64,000 nt of DNA from Octopus sinensis (GCF_006345805.1 NC_043010.1:372001-436000); one strand, 5' to 3'; shown: positions 33,871-49,329, counted from the stretch's first letter. The notes: generated by a model not told the origin, from the sequence alone. A program made the numbers and translations.

Positions 33871-35152
33871 GAATCAATTCCTTTCCTTATACTGGAATCT
33901 GTTATGTGTGGAGGTGCATGGCTTATTGGTTAGAGTATTGGACTGGGTGATTGTAAGACTGTGGTTTCAATTCTTGGACTGGGTGACGTGTTGTGTTCTT
34001 GAGCAAAACACTTTGTTTCATGTTGCTCCAGTCCTCTCTGCTGGCAAAAGTCAGTAATCTTGCAACAGACCTGTGTTCTATTCAGGTGCAGAATATATAT
34101 GCCATGAAACCGGGAAACTGGCCCTTGTGGTCAGCATGACTGAAGAAAGTAACTTTACCTAACCTGTTATGTGCAAAAGTACTTGTGAACATCCTCTTGT
34201 GTTGGAAGAGGCAAGAAATATCCCATATCATTAGGCTTTGCTTGTTTCATGAGATGATAGTTTGTCTGTGTCTGTTTTCAATATTAGTCTATCATTGGAG
34301 TGTCCTTCACATTCTTGATCAATTTTTACTCCTCATTTGACACATTGTCTTCTTTACTTTCCTTCAGGCTTTTCATTAGATCTATCAGGAGCTTGTCGGT
34401 ACTTCAAAGCAACTGTGAAAAATCATGTCATTCTGGAGGAGTGTGTGCTTCTCTTCAAAGCATCTAACACACTTTATGTTCTGGGCTTATTTCTTTTCAT
34501 TGGTGCCTTTCTACTTCCTCTTGATTTCCACAGCAATTTGCCACAGTCTTCTAGTGTCCATTTGCTTCGCATTGTTACAAGACAGTGGGATGGCACTACT
34601 GGACAGGGGGAGTCCTTTGGTTTTCTAGTCATTGGCTCCTGGCACTGAGGATGAAACAGTTTTTTTCAGCTATCCACAAAGTCAACCAAATGGTGTGCTG
34701 GAAATAGCAGTTTATGTGACCAGTTCTTGTTGCCTCTAATGTAGCCTGCTACCTTTCTTTTTTTCCCCTCTACTTCTCTCACTTCTCTGGGCAGAAACTT
34801 CTCATGTGTCTTTTACTAATTCCTCTGGTTGCCTTGTCCTCTGTCTTTAAAACTAAATACGTTTCCATATACTCTACTCTGATCAATAGAAGAAGCATCA
34901 TCCCACACACTGGCTTGAGCTTCTTTCAGCTGTTCTCTTGCTGTTTTTTAAGTGCAGTTTTGCTAATTTCCTTCTTGCCTGTTTCTCGTTGCATTCTGCA
35001 GGCAAGATGACACTGTTGTTTGTAAAATACCTCTCTCATGAATTTTTTTCCTTCCTTGAGCTGGCCCGTGTCCAGCTATTTTTTCTGGCTTGCTATGTTA
35101 AAGCTGTTATTAATGGGCTCTTTCAAATGCCATTTGTGTGTGTCTATATATA

Positions 35153-35166
35153 TCATCATCATCATC

Positions 35167-35200
<34 letters not shown>

Positions 35201-35542
35201 ACATTTAACATCTGTTTTCCATGCTAGCATGGGTTGGATGATTTGACTCAGGACTGGCAAACCAGATGGCTGCACCAGGCTCCAATCTGATCTGGCTGAG
35301 TTTCTACAGCTGGATGCCCTTTCTAATGCTAATCACTCTGAGAGTGTAGTGGGTGCTTTTATGTGCCACCAGCATGAGGGCCAGTCAGGTGGTACTGGCA
35401 ACAGTCACACTCAAATGGTGTTTTTTACGTGCCACCTGCACAGGAGCCAGTCCAGTGGCACTGGCAACGACCTTGCTTGAATGTTTTTCATGTGCCACTG
35501 GCGCAAGTGCCAGTAAGGTGACACTGGTAATGATCACGCTCT
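35153..35542 (-). mobile_element. RTE-type 3' tail element
   Basis: (CAT)n then tttaacatctgttttccatgctagcatgggttgg.. with internal about 55-bp units; close to 41105-41600. Confidence 0.75.
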
Positions 35543-36437
35543 GCAAAAGGTGGGTCTATATACATTGCAGATACCTTTGTGCAACCCTTACTCTCCTATG
35601 ATCATTGTAGCTGATGGCATGATTATAAGTATTTTTCGAAAACTGTATAAGGCAAAAATTTCTGCTTCAAAGCATGAAGTCTTTTCCTTCCTGTTCAGAG
35701 GAAGGGAAAAAACACACGAAAAGTCTCTCCATCTTTCTCTTAATGTAAAGAATCCACATAAGCATGACAGAAAAAGAAGCCCAGTTTTGGAAAGTAAACT
35801 GATATTCTCCAGATATACATGAACTTGTGAAAAAAAGTTCACTTATAACTAGCAACTCTAAAAATAATAAAAATTTCTAATTTGGGGCAAAAAGCCAGCG
35901 ATTTGAGAAGGGGGTGGGGGTGAGGGCGATGATGTTAATTGATAGTATCAACCTGAGTACCTGGCTGGTACTCTAGTTTATCAACTCTGAAAGGTAAAAA
36001 AAGCTGAGTTGGCATCAGTGGGGTTTGAACTAAGAAAATAAAGGGCTTTACCCAATTACTACAAGGCATTTTCTTTGACACTCTAACAATTATTCCAATC
36101 CATTATCTTTATACTACTACTACTACCACCACCACCACCACCACTACCACTACTGTTTTCTTTGTTGGTCACAAGAGCTGAACACAACAAATAGGGACTC
36201 TACAACACAATGGTTAAGTGGGATTTGGCACATTATTGTGTATAAAATAAATAATAACAATTAGCAACAAAATTAAACCATAAAAATCTCCCATAAGCAG
36301 GGAGTTCCTCTCTGAGACAACCGAGGATCCTTACACATCCTGGTTACCCTGACTCCTCCGGTTTATGAGTGAATGTTCAGAGTAAGCCCATTCACATGGT
36401 CCATCCTCACAACAACAACAACAACAATAATAATAAT

Positions 36438-36782
36438 GGAAGAAATTTAAAAAATAGTGCTCATGGGAACTGCTCATATCCTAAGAGAGATATTGTCTCT
36501 GTGATTCTAAAAATATTTAAATCTAGGAACATTATCAAAAGTACTTTTAAATATAGATAATAGGAAACACCCTTTTACTGTCATCTAAAGATCACACTAT
36601 CATCTTACCATCAAATTATCTTTAAAACAAACTTTTAATTTTCTTATGTCTCAAGAACAATACTGTGCAAAACCAAAAATATGGTACCCTAGTCATAATA
36701 CCAACTTGAACTTCTAACTTGTCTCTTGAAGACTCTGGGTGAGACCTGGAGTCAACTTGTGCAAACACAAAGCAAAAGCCAA
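36438..36782 (+). mobile_element. Dong/R4-like non-LTR retrotransposon 3' end next to (AAC/AAT)n
   Basis: KIVLMGTAHILREILSL* C-terminus directly after aacaataataataat. Confidence 0.55.
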
Positions 36783-37072
36783 CATCATCATCATCATTGT
36801 TTAACGTCCGTTTTCCGTGCTAGCACGGGTTGGATGGTTCAACCGGGGTCTGGGAAGCCATGAGGCTGCACCAGGCTCCAGTCTGATCTGGCAGTGTTTC
36901 TACAGCTGGATGCCCTTCCTAATGCCAACCTCTCTGTGAGTGTAGTGGGTGCTTTTTACGTGCCACCGGCACAGGTGCCAGGGGAGACTGGCAGTGGTCA
37001 TGATCGGTTGGTGCTTTTTATGTGCCACCGGCACAGAAGCCAGTCAAGGCAGCGCTGGCATCGGCGCTGGCA
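36783..37072 (-). mobile_element. RTE-type 3' tail element
   Basis: Near-identical to 28909-29092. Confidence 0.75.
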
Positions 37073-39142
37073 ACATACAATAATAATAATAATAACAAAT
37101 TCTTTTGATATTCATTCTTTAAAAGAGTCCTCAAAGTTTGAACCAATAGTAACCATGTTATCAGGGAACATATTGTTGTTACTGTTATTGTTGTTGTTAT
37201 TTAATTCGAGGTTAGTCTTGGTTCAGTAAACCAATGATTAGGGATATTCTGAAGTCGAGTGACCAATGCTTTTGTACGTCCAGGACTGTTACATTATCCA
37301 ACATCTTATCATTTTTATGTTTTTAAGACAGTAGGACACGATTGGGCATTCCTCCTCTGCTTGTGGCCATTAAAAAATATACATGTATATATCTATATCT
37401 ACACACACACACTGTTTATATATATTGTTATATAACTTATACTGCTAATGCTAAATGAATGACTATTTGTCATCACTGTCATCATCATCAGTTTGGTATT
37501 CACTTTTTCATGTTAGCATGAGTTGAATGGATTTAATTGAGGCACAGTTACTGCAGTTGGCTGCCCTTTCCTCTCACCCACCCTCACTTATTTCCATGCA
37601 AGGCAATATTTCCCCATGACCAAGCATGTTTATAACTACCACATGATATCAAGACAAGAAGACACAAAAACATGCACACCTACACACATGCACATGCATA
37701 CGTGTGTGTGTATACACACATACACACACGCATGTATTTATATATATACATACACACACATATATGCATGCTGGGCTTTCAGTTTCCATCTACCAAATCC
37801 AATGCATTAGTCTTTGGTCAGCCTGTGGCTATAATAGAAAACAATTGCCCAAGGTGCCATGTAGTGGGACTTGAACCCAGAACCATGTGGCTGAGAAGCA
37901 AATTTCTTAACCACACAGCCACACCTGCCATGTGGAAGAGAGAAATAACATAGTTAAAATAAAATAACTGAAAAATAAATTTAAATACTTAATTTGGGTG
38001 ACCCAGATGAAAGGAAGGTATATGTGATATAGTCAGATACAAGGCCAGTAAGTTATAGATATAGATATAGATATAGATATAGATAGTTCAAATCTTGTTG
38101 GTTGGCTTGTTACTCTTTTCTGCCTCAAAATTAGTGTTTATAATTAGTGTTTATACCAAGTATTCAAAGTATTAAAACATTAAAGCCAAATATTATTTTA
38201 CATGTAAAAAAATGTAAAACAATAATTTGTTTTTGCTATATTTGTCAATATTCTGGAGGATAATAATTCTGCTCCTAAATTCCACAGTAGTAGAACTCCT
38301 CTGAAAATTCTGTTACAAATAAAAGTTTTGAGTTCAAATCTAACCAAAGTGTGTGTGTATACTTTATATGTATGTGTGCATGCATGAATGCATGTATGTA
38401 GATGTGTATGTATGCATGTATATATGTGTGTGTATGTATAGGTGTGTGTTTGTATGTATAGGGTGTGTGTGTATATATATATATATATATATGAATGTAT
38501 ATATTCATATGTTGTTAGCCATAGACAATCAGAAGAAATACTAAAATGCTTTAGAAGAAAAAAGCAAAAAAAGCAAAAAAAAAACCCAATCAAAGAAAAA
38601 TGTTAAAAATATTTTGGAAATGAAATATTGGTAAGGTAAATATTACCTTTGATCCTTAACAGTGTTGATAGAAATAAAGGACCACTCGAGTACAAGTACT
38701 AGTCTTGGTGTAATTCATACTGTTAGCCAGCCACCATTAAAATTTGTGGTCTTGTGCATATTGTAAGAAATCACTATAAATTTGTGAAACTAGGAACTAT
38801 TCTTGACAGCATTTTTAAACGTAGAAGAAAAATGGTAAGTAGTTCTTTGTTCTAATTTAATCATTTAAAAAAAAAACTAAACCATCAAAGCTTACTGATA
38901 TAATAGTCATCATCTTCACTGTTGTCATTGTGTTAACATCCACTTTTCCATGCTTGCATGAGTTGGGCTGAATTTGTCTACGACCGCATGCCCTTCCTGT
39001 CACCAACCCTCACCTCTTTTCAAGCAGGGTAATATTTCCCCCATGGTCAGATATGTTTCCATGGAAGGCTGGAGATGAACAACATTGCGCATATGAAGAT
39101 AACTCATATAAAACTATTACATGATGGTCAAGATAAGGATGT

Positions 39143-39183
<41 letters not shown>

Positions 39184-41104
39184 TATACAGGTTACAGGTT
39201 TAGTGATGCAAAGGGAAAAATAGAATTCAAAGCATGAGTGTGTGTATATATATATATATATATTATTATTATTATTAATATTTAGCAGAAGCAACAAAGT
39301 GACTCAAGGGCCAAACCCAAGGCTATACAGGAAGACACATGCCCAAGGTACCATGCAGTGGGACTGGACCTAGGACCATGTGGTTGGGAAGTAAGCTTTT
39401 TACCACACAGCTACACCTATGTTCATATTTATATTAAAATTTCAATTCACATCTCAAAAGTGTGACATGACTGCCAGTAAGTGAGTGTAATTATGTATGC
39501 AATTGTGTGCGTGTGTGTGTGTGTACACCTAACAGATGTAGATACAGAGTTTGCTTTGTTACCATGTGGTTTGAACTTTTATCTCATCGGTACCTTGAGC
39601 AAATATCTTCTATAAGACAGTTTCCATCTATGAATTTCTTTCATGAAATACTGTGAGTGAAATTGGTAGGTGGAAACTTTTTTGAAGTCTGCTGTATATG
39701 TATATATTGTGAGGACCTCTTAGTCTTGTGAAAAGTATGAAATCTCTCTCATGTTGGAGCCACAAAAACATCCACTACCCTCTCCAAGATGGTTGGTGAT
39801 AGGAAATGGAAAGCAAATGAGGCAAGGGCCCCAAACCCATCTAAGTGAGCTGTATCCCCACTGAATATGGACTGACTCATTCGTGATGACCTGTCCAGTC
39901 CATGTCGGCATAGAAAGCAGATGTATGATGATGATGATGATGTCAGTATGTGTATGAGAATGCTTGCATTTCTCAATTTGTATGGATAGTGCCGATCTAT
40001 AAATGGTGATGTTTGTTGACATTACTGTGACCACAGTTATTCTTTGTGCTTGAAAACTGTAGGATAGAAAAAAAATCAGGTTTGTGAGAAGTAATCAATG
40101 CCTCAGTACTATGTTTTTATTCATCCCATACTAATATGGGGGGAAAATGAATTAATGAATGAACATTTATAAACTCTAATGTAGGACAAAAAACAGAACA
40201 GCCTCTCTCACATGTATTTCAACTACATACCTGTTGTAGATATGAGGTCCAAGTCTTGTGGGAGAGTTTGTATATGCATCATCATGCATATGTATATAAA
40301 TGTTAACATATGTTTATTATTTTAATGAGAGGGAGGATAAGTTAAAAAGATAGAGAAAGTGAAAATTACTAGGAATAGAAGCAGTAAATAAAGAAGAGAT
40401 GGAAAGAGACATCACCAACTTGCTATCTCACAGAGCAAGATTAAAAATATCAATTACTTTGCAGTGAATTAAAACTAGTTCTCTGATTGAATTGTGCCGT
40501 TGAATTCTGCATTGATAAAATTTAAAAACCACATTTTGATAAAAATATATTAAAATTTGAATTTTCAAGAATTTTCTAGGCAGTGTAGACTTTAATAATT
40601 GCTTTCTTTTAGTAAAAGTTATATACTTATAACTAATTAATAAGCAGCTTTCTTTATTATAGTATAGATATAAGCCAGTTCCAGAATAGCAACAGAACAC
40701 TTACTAATGGACTGACTCAATACTGAGAACAGAATCAAATTTATTCATAAAGTTGACTGGGACTTCAAGTTTCATCTATCAGTTTGTTCAGCATGGTTGA
40801 ACAAGCCAACAATGATTCTTGAAGTCCTAGTTAACTTGATCTTCACAGGTAATATGTATGTATATGTATGTTTGCAAACATATTTTGTGTATGTATGTAT
40901 ATATGTATGTATAACAGCTTAATGTATCATGAAATAAAAGTTAATATTATTTTATTAATATCTCCAGATTTTTAATATTTAAAAAAATGTACCATTAATT
41001 AATTGAAAGACTTAAAGAATTTCTTGTCTAAAATAAAACGTTTAACAAAACATTATTACAGAATAAATCACACAGAACATATGTTATAATTATGATGTTA
41101 TGTT

Positions 41105-41600
41105 CATCATCATCATTTAACGTCTGCTTTCCATGCTAGCATGGGTTTGGACGATTTGACTGAGGTCTGGCAAACCAGACTCCAATCTGATCTGGCAGAG
41201 TTTCTACAGCTGGATGCCCTTCCTAACACCAACCACTCCAAGAGTGTAGTGGGTGCCTTTACGTGCCACTGGCACGAGGGCCAGTTAGGTGGTACTGGCA
41301 ATGGCCACGCTCAAATAGTGCTTTTTATGTTCCACCTGCACAGGAGCCAGTCCAGCGGTACTAGTAAAGATCTCGCTCGAATGTTTTTTTTCACGTGCCA
41401 CTAGCACAAATGCTAGTAAGGCAACACAGGTAATGATCACACTCGAATGGTGTTTTTAACGTGCCATCGGCACGAAGGCCAGCTTGTTGCTCTGGCAACA
41501 ATCTCACTCGTATGGTCCTCTTAGCACTCCACTAGCAGCGAATGCCAGTCACCAAGTTTGATTTTGATTTCGATTTCACTTGCCTCAATAGATCTTCGCA
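41105..41600 (-). mobile_element. RTE-type 3' tail element with internal tandem units
   Basis: Family match plus about 4 diverged 55-60-bp units. Confidence 0.75.
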
Positions 41601-42632
41601 ATCGAGTTTGACTTATGTAAGCTATTATATGATATGACTGTGTGTGTGTGTAAAAAGGAAACTACCGTAACTTGCAAGCGAATATGATCTGGTAGCATTT
41701 TTCGTTTCTTGTAAACATCTGAGGTTCCAACAAGGAGTCATTGGATGTAATTGTTAAATTTTTATTGATCAAAGGCATTCCAGCCATGACAATCCAGTCT
41801 TTTTTAATCAGGCATAATGTTATCCAGTCTGTCTTTGTTATTGTTTAGTCCCAAGTCAGTCCTTATTAGCAGATATGATGAAAAATATTCTAATCACGAT
41901 CATCCACTGATTCTTTTCGGACTTAATGTAGCTGGGACTGCTTTGGCTAATGTGTCATTCCTTGTGGTTGCTGTTATTGTTTAGCTGCAGGTCATCCTTC
42001 ATGCAGCAGAGCCATGACCAGTGGCCCTCCAGTTGTGGCATGGATACACCACACACACACACACACACACACACAGGGGGACACATACAAATGTACTGTA
42101 TTTCACACACATGTGCAAATACACACAGATATATATGCAATTATGCTGTATCTTAAATTTTCTCTCTCTCTTTCTCTCTCTCTCACACACACACACATAC
42201 CGCAATCACAGATTAAAATCAACCAGGCAGAAGATGACCCTTTAAAAAAGAGCTTTTCACTATGGATAAAGATTGCAAAGATAAGAAATAAGTGAGATGG
42301 AAAAATAAATAGTGCATCTTGCATTGCAGGCTGGGGTTGCTAGGATCCAGTAATACTAGAAGCATCACTCTCCTGTATTCCCATTCTTGACACATGGCTA
42401 TAATATAAATTCAGTGACCACTGCTCAAAGTAGCATTTATGTTTATACAATCATAGGTCAACATACACAGACATAACTTACAAGAATACATACACAAACA
42501 CGCATCATAAGATATATGTATATATATATATATGTATATATAGGGAGAGTTTACGAAAAAAACAAAAGACGAAGACAGGTGGTGTACAAAACAAACAGAT
42601 GTATTAGTATAACACTCAGGAATAGAAAAAGT

Positions 42633-42668
42633 CTTTTACGTTTCGAGCCTACGCTCTTCTACAGAAAG
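42633..42668 (-). ncRNA. Minimal hammerhead-like motif (A6U variant) within TA-flanked element 42542-42718
   Basis: cttt-CTGTAGA-a-gagc gtag gctc-GAAA-cg-TA-aaag. Confidence 0.5.
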
Positions 42669-42739
42669 GGACAGAGAAAAATGTGTGTAGTGGTTAATGA
42701 TCTATCATGGCAACTTGATATATATATATATATATATCA

Positions 42740-43210
42740 ACATCATTATCAGAAGCATTTAATATCTGTTTCCCATGCTGGTATGGGTTGGATGGCTTGA
42801 CAGAAAATGGTAAGGCGAGGAGCCACACCAGGTTCCATAGTCTGTTTTGGCTTGGTTTCTGCAGCTGGATGCCCTTCCTAATGCTAACCAATTCACAGAA
42901 TGTACCAAGTGCTCTGTGCATGGCACCATCACCAGTGCTTTTTACATGCATGGCACTAGCACCAGCGCTTTTTATGTGGCACCAGCACTCACACCAGTGT
43001 TTTTTCACACAACACCTTGGTTTTAGGATATAAATTGTGTTGTGGTGGGAAGGTCTTCTTGAATACAGCAATGTGCCACATATCTTGGTCCTCTGTTACC
43101 TCCTTTGTTAGGCTCAACATTTTGAGATTGGCCTTCAGTACTTCATCCCATGTCTTTATGGGTTTCCTTCTTCCACCACTTCCCCCCACTTTAAGTGATC
43201 ACCACTTCTT
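42740..43210 (-). mobile_element. RTE LINE 3' end
   Basis: GGRRKPIKTWDEVLKANLKMLSLTKEVTEDQDMWHIAVFKKT followed by the tail family. Confidence 0.75.
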
Positions 43211-43214
43211 TATC

Positions 43215-43690
43215 CAAGTGATCTAATATCTATAGCTTCTTGTCTAAGTAGTCTAATATCAACAGCTTATATTCTTTCTAAGTAATATAACAACCATAGT
43301 TTACAATCTGTCTAAGTGGTTTCACACCCACAGCTTGTAGTCTGTTTATCTCATAAGTTTAACAGCTATCGCTTCTTGTCTAAGTAATCTAACATCCACA
43401 ACTTCTTGTCTATCTAGCTTTTAGTGGTCTAACACCTACAGGTTATTTGTGTAGGTGGTCTGATATCTACAACTTATTTGTTTAAGAAGTCTAACATACA
43501 TTGTAATCCGTCTAAGTAGTCTCACATCTGTAGCTTCTTGCCTGCATTAGTCAATATGTTCAGCTTGTAGTCAATCCATCTAAGTAGTCTAACATCTGCA
43601 ATTTATAATCTGCCTAAGTAATCTAACAGTCACCACTTATAGTCTATCTATCTGTATTGTCTAATATCCTTCGCTTATAATCTGTATGTC
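43215..43690. repeat. Degenerate 30-35-bp minisatellite (tctaagtagtctaacatc.acagctt...)
   Basis: Motif recurs about a dozen times. Confidence 0.7.
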
Positions 43691-44159
43691 AAACATTAAA
43701 CTATAAGTCAACGAGGGAGACTTCCTATGGTCACTCGACTTGCTTGAAATAACAGTAGTTTCTCTTTCAAAAATTGCCCCAAAATCTTCAAACATGAAAA
43801 AAATGATCCATTAGACAATATAGTCCTAGATACCCTTATGCGGACATGATGGTCATGGGCAGAACAACTTTGATCAATGATCTGCTCAGTCAGGGTTCAC
43901 CTGGGCTAAACAAGAACAATAGCAGTAATGACAATGTTGATTATAGTAGAAAGCATAATTTAAAAAGAAAGTGTATAAACAAACAAGAAGTAGTCGTGAA
44001 TGTTAGCTTTAATTATATTTCTGCTGTTGGTTTTTCTTTTGGTTGTTGTTGTTGTTTACAATATCATGTCAAGTTTTGTGAATTTGTAAGCATAAATTGT
44101 TTATTTTAGTTTGAGGGAAAATTAGCACAATTTTCAATTTTTATTTGTTCATTTATTCA

Positions 44160-44223
<64 letters not shown>

Positions 44224-45384
44224 CTGTCACTACCATCATCATCATCACTATTACTTTCAGTTATTATCATTACCATCACCTTAAAAATAAACACCACCAC
44301 CACCACCACCACCTGCATCATCGTTGTTATCATCGCAGTAGTATTATTTTTATTGCATGTTTCAGCTGCATAACTGAGTGCAGCTATGGATGCTTTGGCT
44401 ATGTGCACTGTGTGCAGTGTTTTTGTTTTGTTTTGTTTAATTTTTTTTTGTTGCAGTTTTTCTCTTTTTATCCTCATCATTATTGTTATTCTGCCCACAT
44501 CCTCATCACTCCCAAACCCATTGATTTATAGCTCTTAAAATATTGGTAATGTAATTCACAATAATTTGTAATTTCCAATTTCCAAATGAATCCATATTAC
44601 AGCATCTAACATTAAGCAAAGGTATCAATTAGTAGAGAAAAAATATTCATTGTTAACGGACCGTTGAGTATTTGAAAATAAATCCATATTTTGTATTTGT
44701 TTTTCTCTTTTTTTTTGTAAAGTTTTTGTTGTTTTTAATGTCCACATGGTAACATGCTTGTTTGGTTGGTGTCAAGTGGCTTAATTTTTAAACAATATTT
44801 TATTTTATAATATTGCTTAGGAGAGATCACAGCTGGCAAAGTATGCCATGCTAGACTTAGGCAAGTTAAGGTTTGCTCTGTAATTCTGAGGTCTCTTGTT
44901 TGATATCAGTGTGTGGTGTTTTGAGCAAGTGTTGTTTACCATGAATAAGCCCAGGGTTGACTAAAGATTTCCAGGATTGAGCCAAGAGTTCCAGGATTGA
45001 CTTGGTGTGAAATTGGGTCAACAGAAACTATGGAAGCCTACTGGATGGATTCATTTATTATTCGGAGGTCTGTCTTGTCAGAGCGCCATTATAATTCAAA
45101 CTGAGAATTACATCATCATCATCATCATCATTCTACTGACCACTTTTCCATGCTTGCATGGGTCAAATAAAATCTGTTCAGGCAGGTTTTCTAGGGCCAA
45201 GTGCCTTTCCTGTTGCCTACCCTTACCTCTTTCCAAGCAAGGTAATATTTTCCCCATAACCTCTAGAAATAAACAACATTACTCATATGATGATGATGTT
45301 TATTTACAGCCATCGTGTGATGTCTAGACAATCACTCACACACACACACACACACACACCCACCACCACCAACAACAACAACGA

Positions 45385-45539
45385 GCTTCTTTTCCATTTC
45401 CATCTACCAAATCTACTCACAAGGCTTTGGTCGGCCTGAGGCTATAGTATAAGACATTTGCTCAAGGTTCCATGCAGTGGGACTGAACCCAGAACCATGT
45501 GGTTGGGATGCAAGCTCCTTACCACACAGCCACACCTGC

Positions 45540-45581
<42 letters not shown>

Positions 45582-45589
45582 TTATCTAT

Positions 45590-45633
<44 letters not shown>

Positions 45634-45640
45634 ATATACA

Positions 45641-45727
<87 letters not shown>

Positions 45728-45746
45728 TTATCTATCTATCTATTTA

Positions 45747-45809
<63 letters not shown>

Positions 45810-45950
45810 GCCTGTCTGCCTGTCTGTATATATATAGGGCAGGCTTCCTTAAGTTTCTGTCTGCCAAATCCACTCACTTGACTTTGGTTGGCCTGGGACT
45901 GTAGTAGAAGACACTTACTCAAGGTATCACACAGTAGGACTGAACCACAC
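45385..45950 (-). mobile_element. Two SINE 5' halves separated by a (TCTA)n(TCTG)n microsatellite (45540-45830)
   Basis: tttccatctaccaaatctactcacaaggctttggtcggcc..ggactgaacccagaaccatgtggttgg. Confidence 0.7.
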
Positions 45951-46261
45951 CCACAGCTGTAAAACTTAATTTAATGAGTCAGTAGTTGACAACCACAAGG
46001 TCTTGGTTTCAAACCACCTGTGTGCTAGCTCAAGTAATCATCTGATGATGTATCACCGATGAAATATTTTAAATGTAGAATTGTTATTGTATTAGAGCCA
46101 AATCAAATCTGATCAAGCAAATCCATGATCAAACCCAGAATCATATTACTTAACCTGTTCTTTTTTTTTTTACCCCTTATTATTTAAACCAGCCAAAGTA
46201 TTCCCCCTGTTTTATGTTCAAACTGGCCAGATCTGGCCTCTCACACCGACCCTACAATATC

Positions 46262-46495
46262 TATTTCTTTACTACCCACAAGGGGCTCAACACAGAGAGG
46301 ACAAACAAGGACAAACAAACAGATTAAGCCGATTTTATTGACCCCAGTGCGTAACTGGTACTTATTTAATCGACCCTGAAAGGATGAAAGGCAAAGTTGA
46401 CCTCGGTGGAATTTGAACTCAGAACGTAGTGGCAGACGAAATACCTCTAAGCATTTCGCCCAGCGGGCTAACAATTCTGACAAGCTTGCTGCCCA
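46262..46495 (-). mobile_element. tRNA-derived SINE
   Basis: Reverse complement of the 5707 / 49981 subfamily. Confidence 0.8.
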
Positions 46496-48087
46496 ACCCT
46501 ACAATATTTTAAAAATTATTACTTACCTCATCAAAATTTGATTAATTCAATGCTTGATTAATTCAAAGCAATATGAATAAATAAATAAGCTTTACATTTG
46601 ACAGGGTAATCTGAATGCTAAAGGTTTAAGACAGTAGGGTGTAATTTGAGGGAAATTTGGCTGCTATTTCTAGTATATTGAACAACTTTGTAGAGACTCC
46701 CTCATTAGCTGATTGTTGTTGGGAGATGAAGTTAATTAATGATGTAAATGTAATTAGTGTTGATGGTGTTGATGGCCATTGAGGCCAATCGACTGTTAAC
46801 TCTGGACATGATGTGTTACCTTCAACTTGTTTCAGTCAGTGAACTGTGGCCATGCTGGGGCATTGAACCCTTGTGCTTATTTTAAAGCCTGGTGCTTATT
46901 CTGTCGGTTTTGTGGTTGAACTGCTAAGTCATGGAGACATAAACAACTAATATCAGTTGTCAAGTGTTGGTGGTGGGACACACACACACACACACACAAC
47001 ACACACACACACACACACGTGATTGGCTTCTATACAATTTCCATCTCCTTAATTTAGCCACAAAACATTGGTTAGTCTGGGGCTATATTAGAAGACAGTT
47101 ACCCATGGTAATGCACAGTGGGATTGAACCTGAACCACGTGGTTGCAAAGCAAGCTTCTTAACCACTCTGCCGTATCCTAGAGTCATATTAAAGCCTATA
47201 AGTACATATTCTCTCTCTCTCTCTCACACACACACCAATTGTGATTTCCCTTCTTGTTTTTGGTTGCATTTCCAGAAATTATTGTTACACTTTTCCTTTA
47301 ACCTTCTGGATGAAGTGGAGAATTTAAACTCATTGAGTGTGGGTGATGGAGCCATGTAAAAAGCACTGGTATGGTGCTATTTCAAAAGCACCCAGTACAC
47401 TCTGTAAAGAGGTTGGCATTAGGAAGGGCATCCTGCTGTAGAAACCAGGCCAAAACTAACTGTGGCCCTGGCCTTGCCAGTTCCTGTTAAGCCATCCAAC
47501 CCATGCCAACATGGGAAATGAATGTTAAATGTTGATGATGATGGCTGATGATGAGAAGGTCAAGCAAAAAAACGTGATGAAAATTTTGGAGAATCTAATC
47601 AAAAACAAGAAGTAAATTGTAACTGGTGAGTGTTTTGAGGATTAAATTATATGTTGCTTCCAAAATATAACAATATTGGTTCTAACACACAATTTCGGAT
47701 CAAAATTCTTGCAAAACAAATTTAGAAGCATTTATTTTTTTAAGTAATTGTTGAGTTTAACTAAATATGCGTCCGCGCACACACACACACACACATGAAC
47801 TTACACACACATATACACACTCTCATATACATATATGTACACATTTCCTCATACATGCAAACATCATCTCCCTGTGATACATACGCATACATCTTTTCAT
47901 TGCAGCACATACGTACATGTCTTCTCACTACAACACATTTACACATATATTTGACTGTTAAACACACTCACACACACGTCTTACTGATACACATACACAC
48001 ATCTTCTCTCTATCACACACATACATCTCTCTCACACATATACATGCACTCATATCTTCCCATTACGACACACTCACACACACACAC

Positions 48088-48500
48088 ACACATTTTCACT
48101 GTCACTCCTTCACACAGACACACACTCACATTTTCACTGTCACTCCTTCACACAGACACACACTCACACACACACACACACATTTTCACTGTCACTCCTT
48201 CACACAGCACACACTCACACACACACACACACATTTTCACTGTCACTCCTTCACACAGACACACACTCACACACACACACACACATTTTCACTGTCACTC
48301 CTTCACACAGACACACACTCACACACACACCACACACATTTTCACTGTCACTCCTTCACACAGACACACACTCACACACACACACACACACATTTTCACT
48401 GTCACTCCTTCACACAGACACACACTCACACACACACACACACACATTTTCACTGTCACTCCTTCACACAGACACACACTCACACACACACACACATTTT
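48088..48500. repeat. About 55-bp minisatellite (cacattttcactgtcactccttcacacag plus (CA)n), about 7 copies
   Basis: Direct reading. Confidence 0.9.
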
Positions 48501-48762
48501 CTTGCACATATCTAGGTGCTTGTGTGTATATGTGTGCTTGTTTGTGTATGCATGTGTGTGTTTGTATGTGGATGCATGATTGTGTGTGTGTGCTTGTGTA
48601 TGGGCATCCATCTGCATATCTCTGAGTGTATGCACACACACATACACACATGCATACAACCTTATGCTTTCTCTCTGAAAAGGGATGTCATGACAGAGCA
48701 CCAGTGACTCCATTTGGAGTTGAGGGTCCTGCCTCACCACTAAAGATATATGTGTGTGTGTG

Positions 48763-48798
<36 letters not shown>

Positions 48799-49329
48799 AT
48801 TCCACTATCCATTAAACCTTGTATAGAAAAAATACCTATATAAAACTAGTTTTAAAAGATGATTTTGAGATGATGTTTATGATGATGATGATGACAAAGA
48901 TGACGAAGATGACGAAGATGATGATGATGCTGATAGCAATGATGAAAATAGGCAATGATGATGCTGATAGCAATGAAAAATGATGATGACTATGACAATG
49001 ATGATGACAAACTTAGTAGTCTGATGATGATAATTTTTCTATTTGCTTAAGCCAGCAATTATTGTGGAGGCCATGCTAGAGCACTGACCTAATATTCATT
49101 TTACACACACAATAATTATATTGACTTCTAATATAGGCTCAAGGCATTAAATATCTTAAGGGAAAGACGTTTAGTAGATTATATTGACCCCCCTTCGCCC
49201 CCAGTACATGACTGGTACTTTTATTTTTATGAGCCTAGAATGATGAAAGGAAAATTGACATCAAAGTGATTTAAACTCAGAAAGATACGTGACAACCTGC
49301 AATAATTATTGTTGTTATTTTTTTTTTCC

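Noticed and set aside
34180-35130. Complex purine-skewed (minus strand) segment, possibly an old TE ORF
   Set aside because: No assignable motif in any frame.
47795-48625. 276-aa His/Thr-rich ORF
   Set aside because: Translation of a CA-rich minisatellite.
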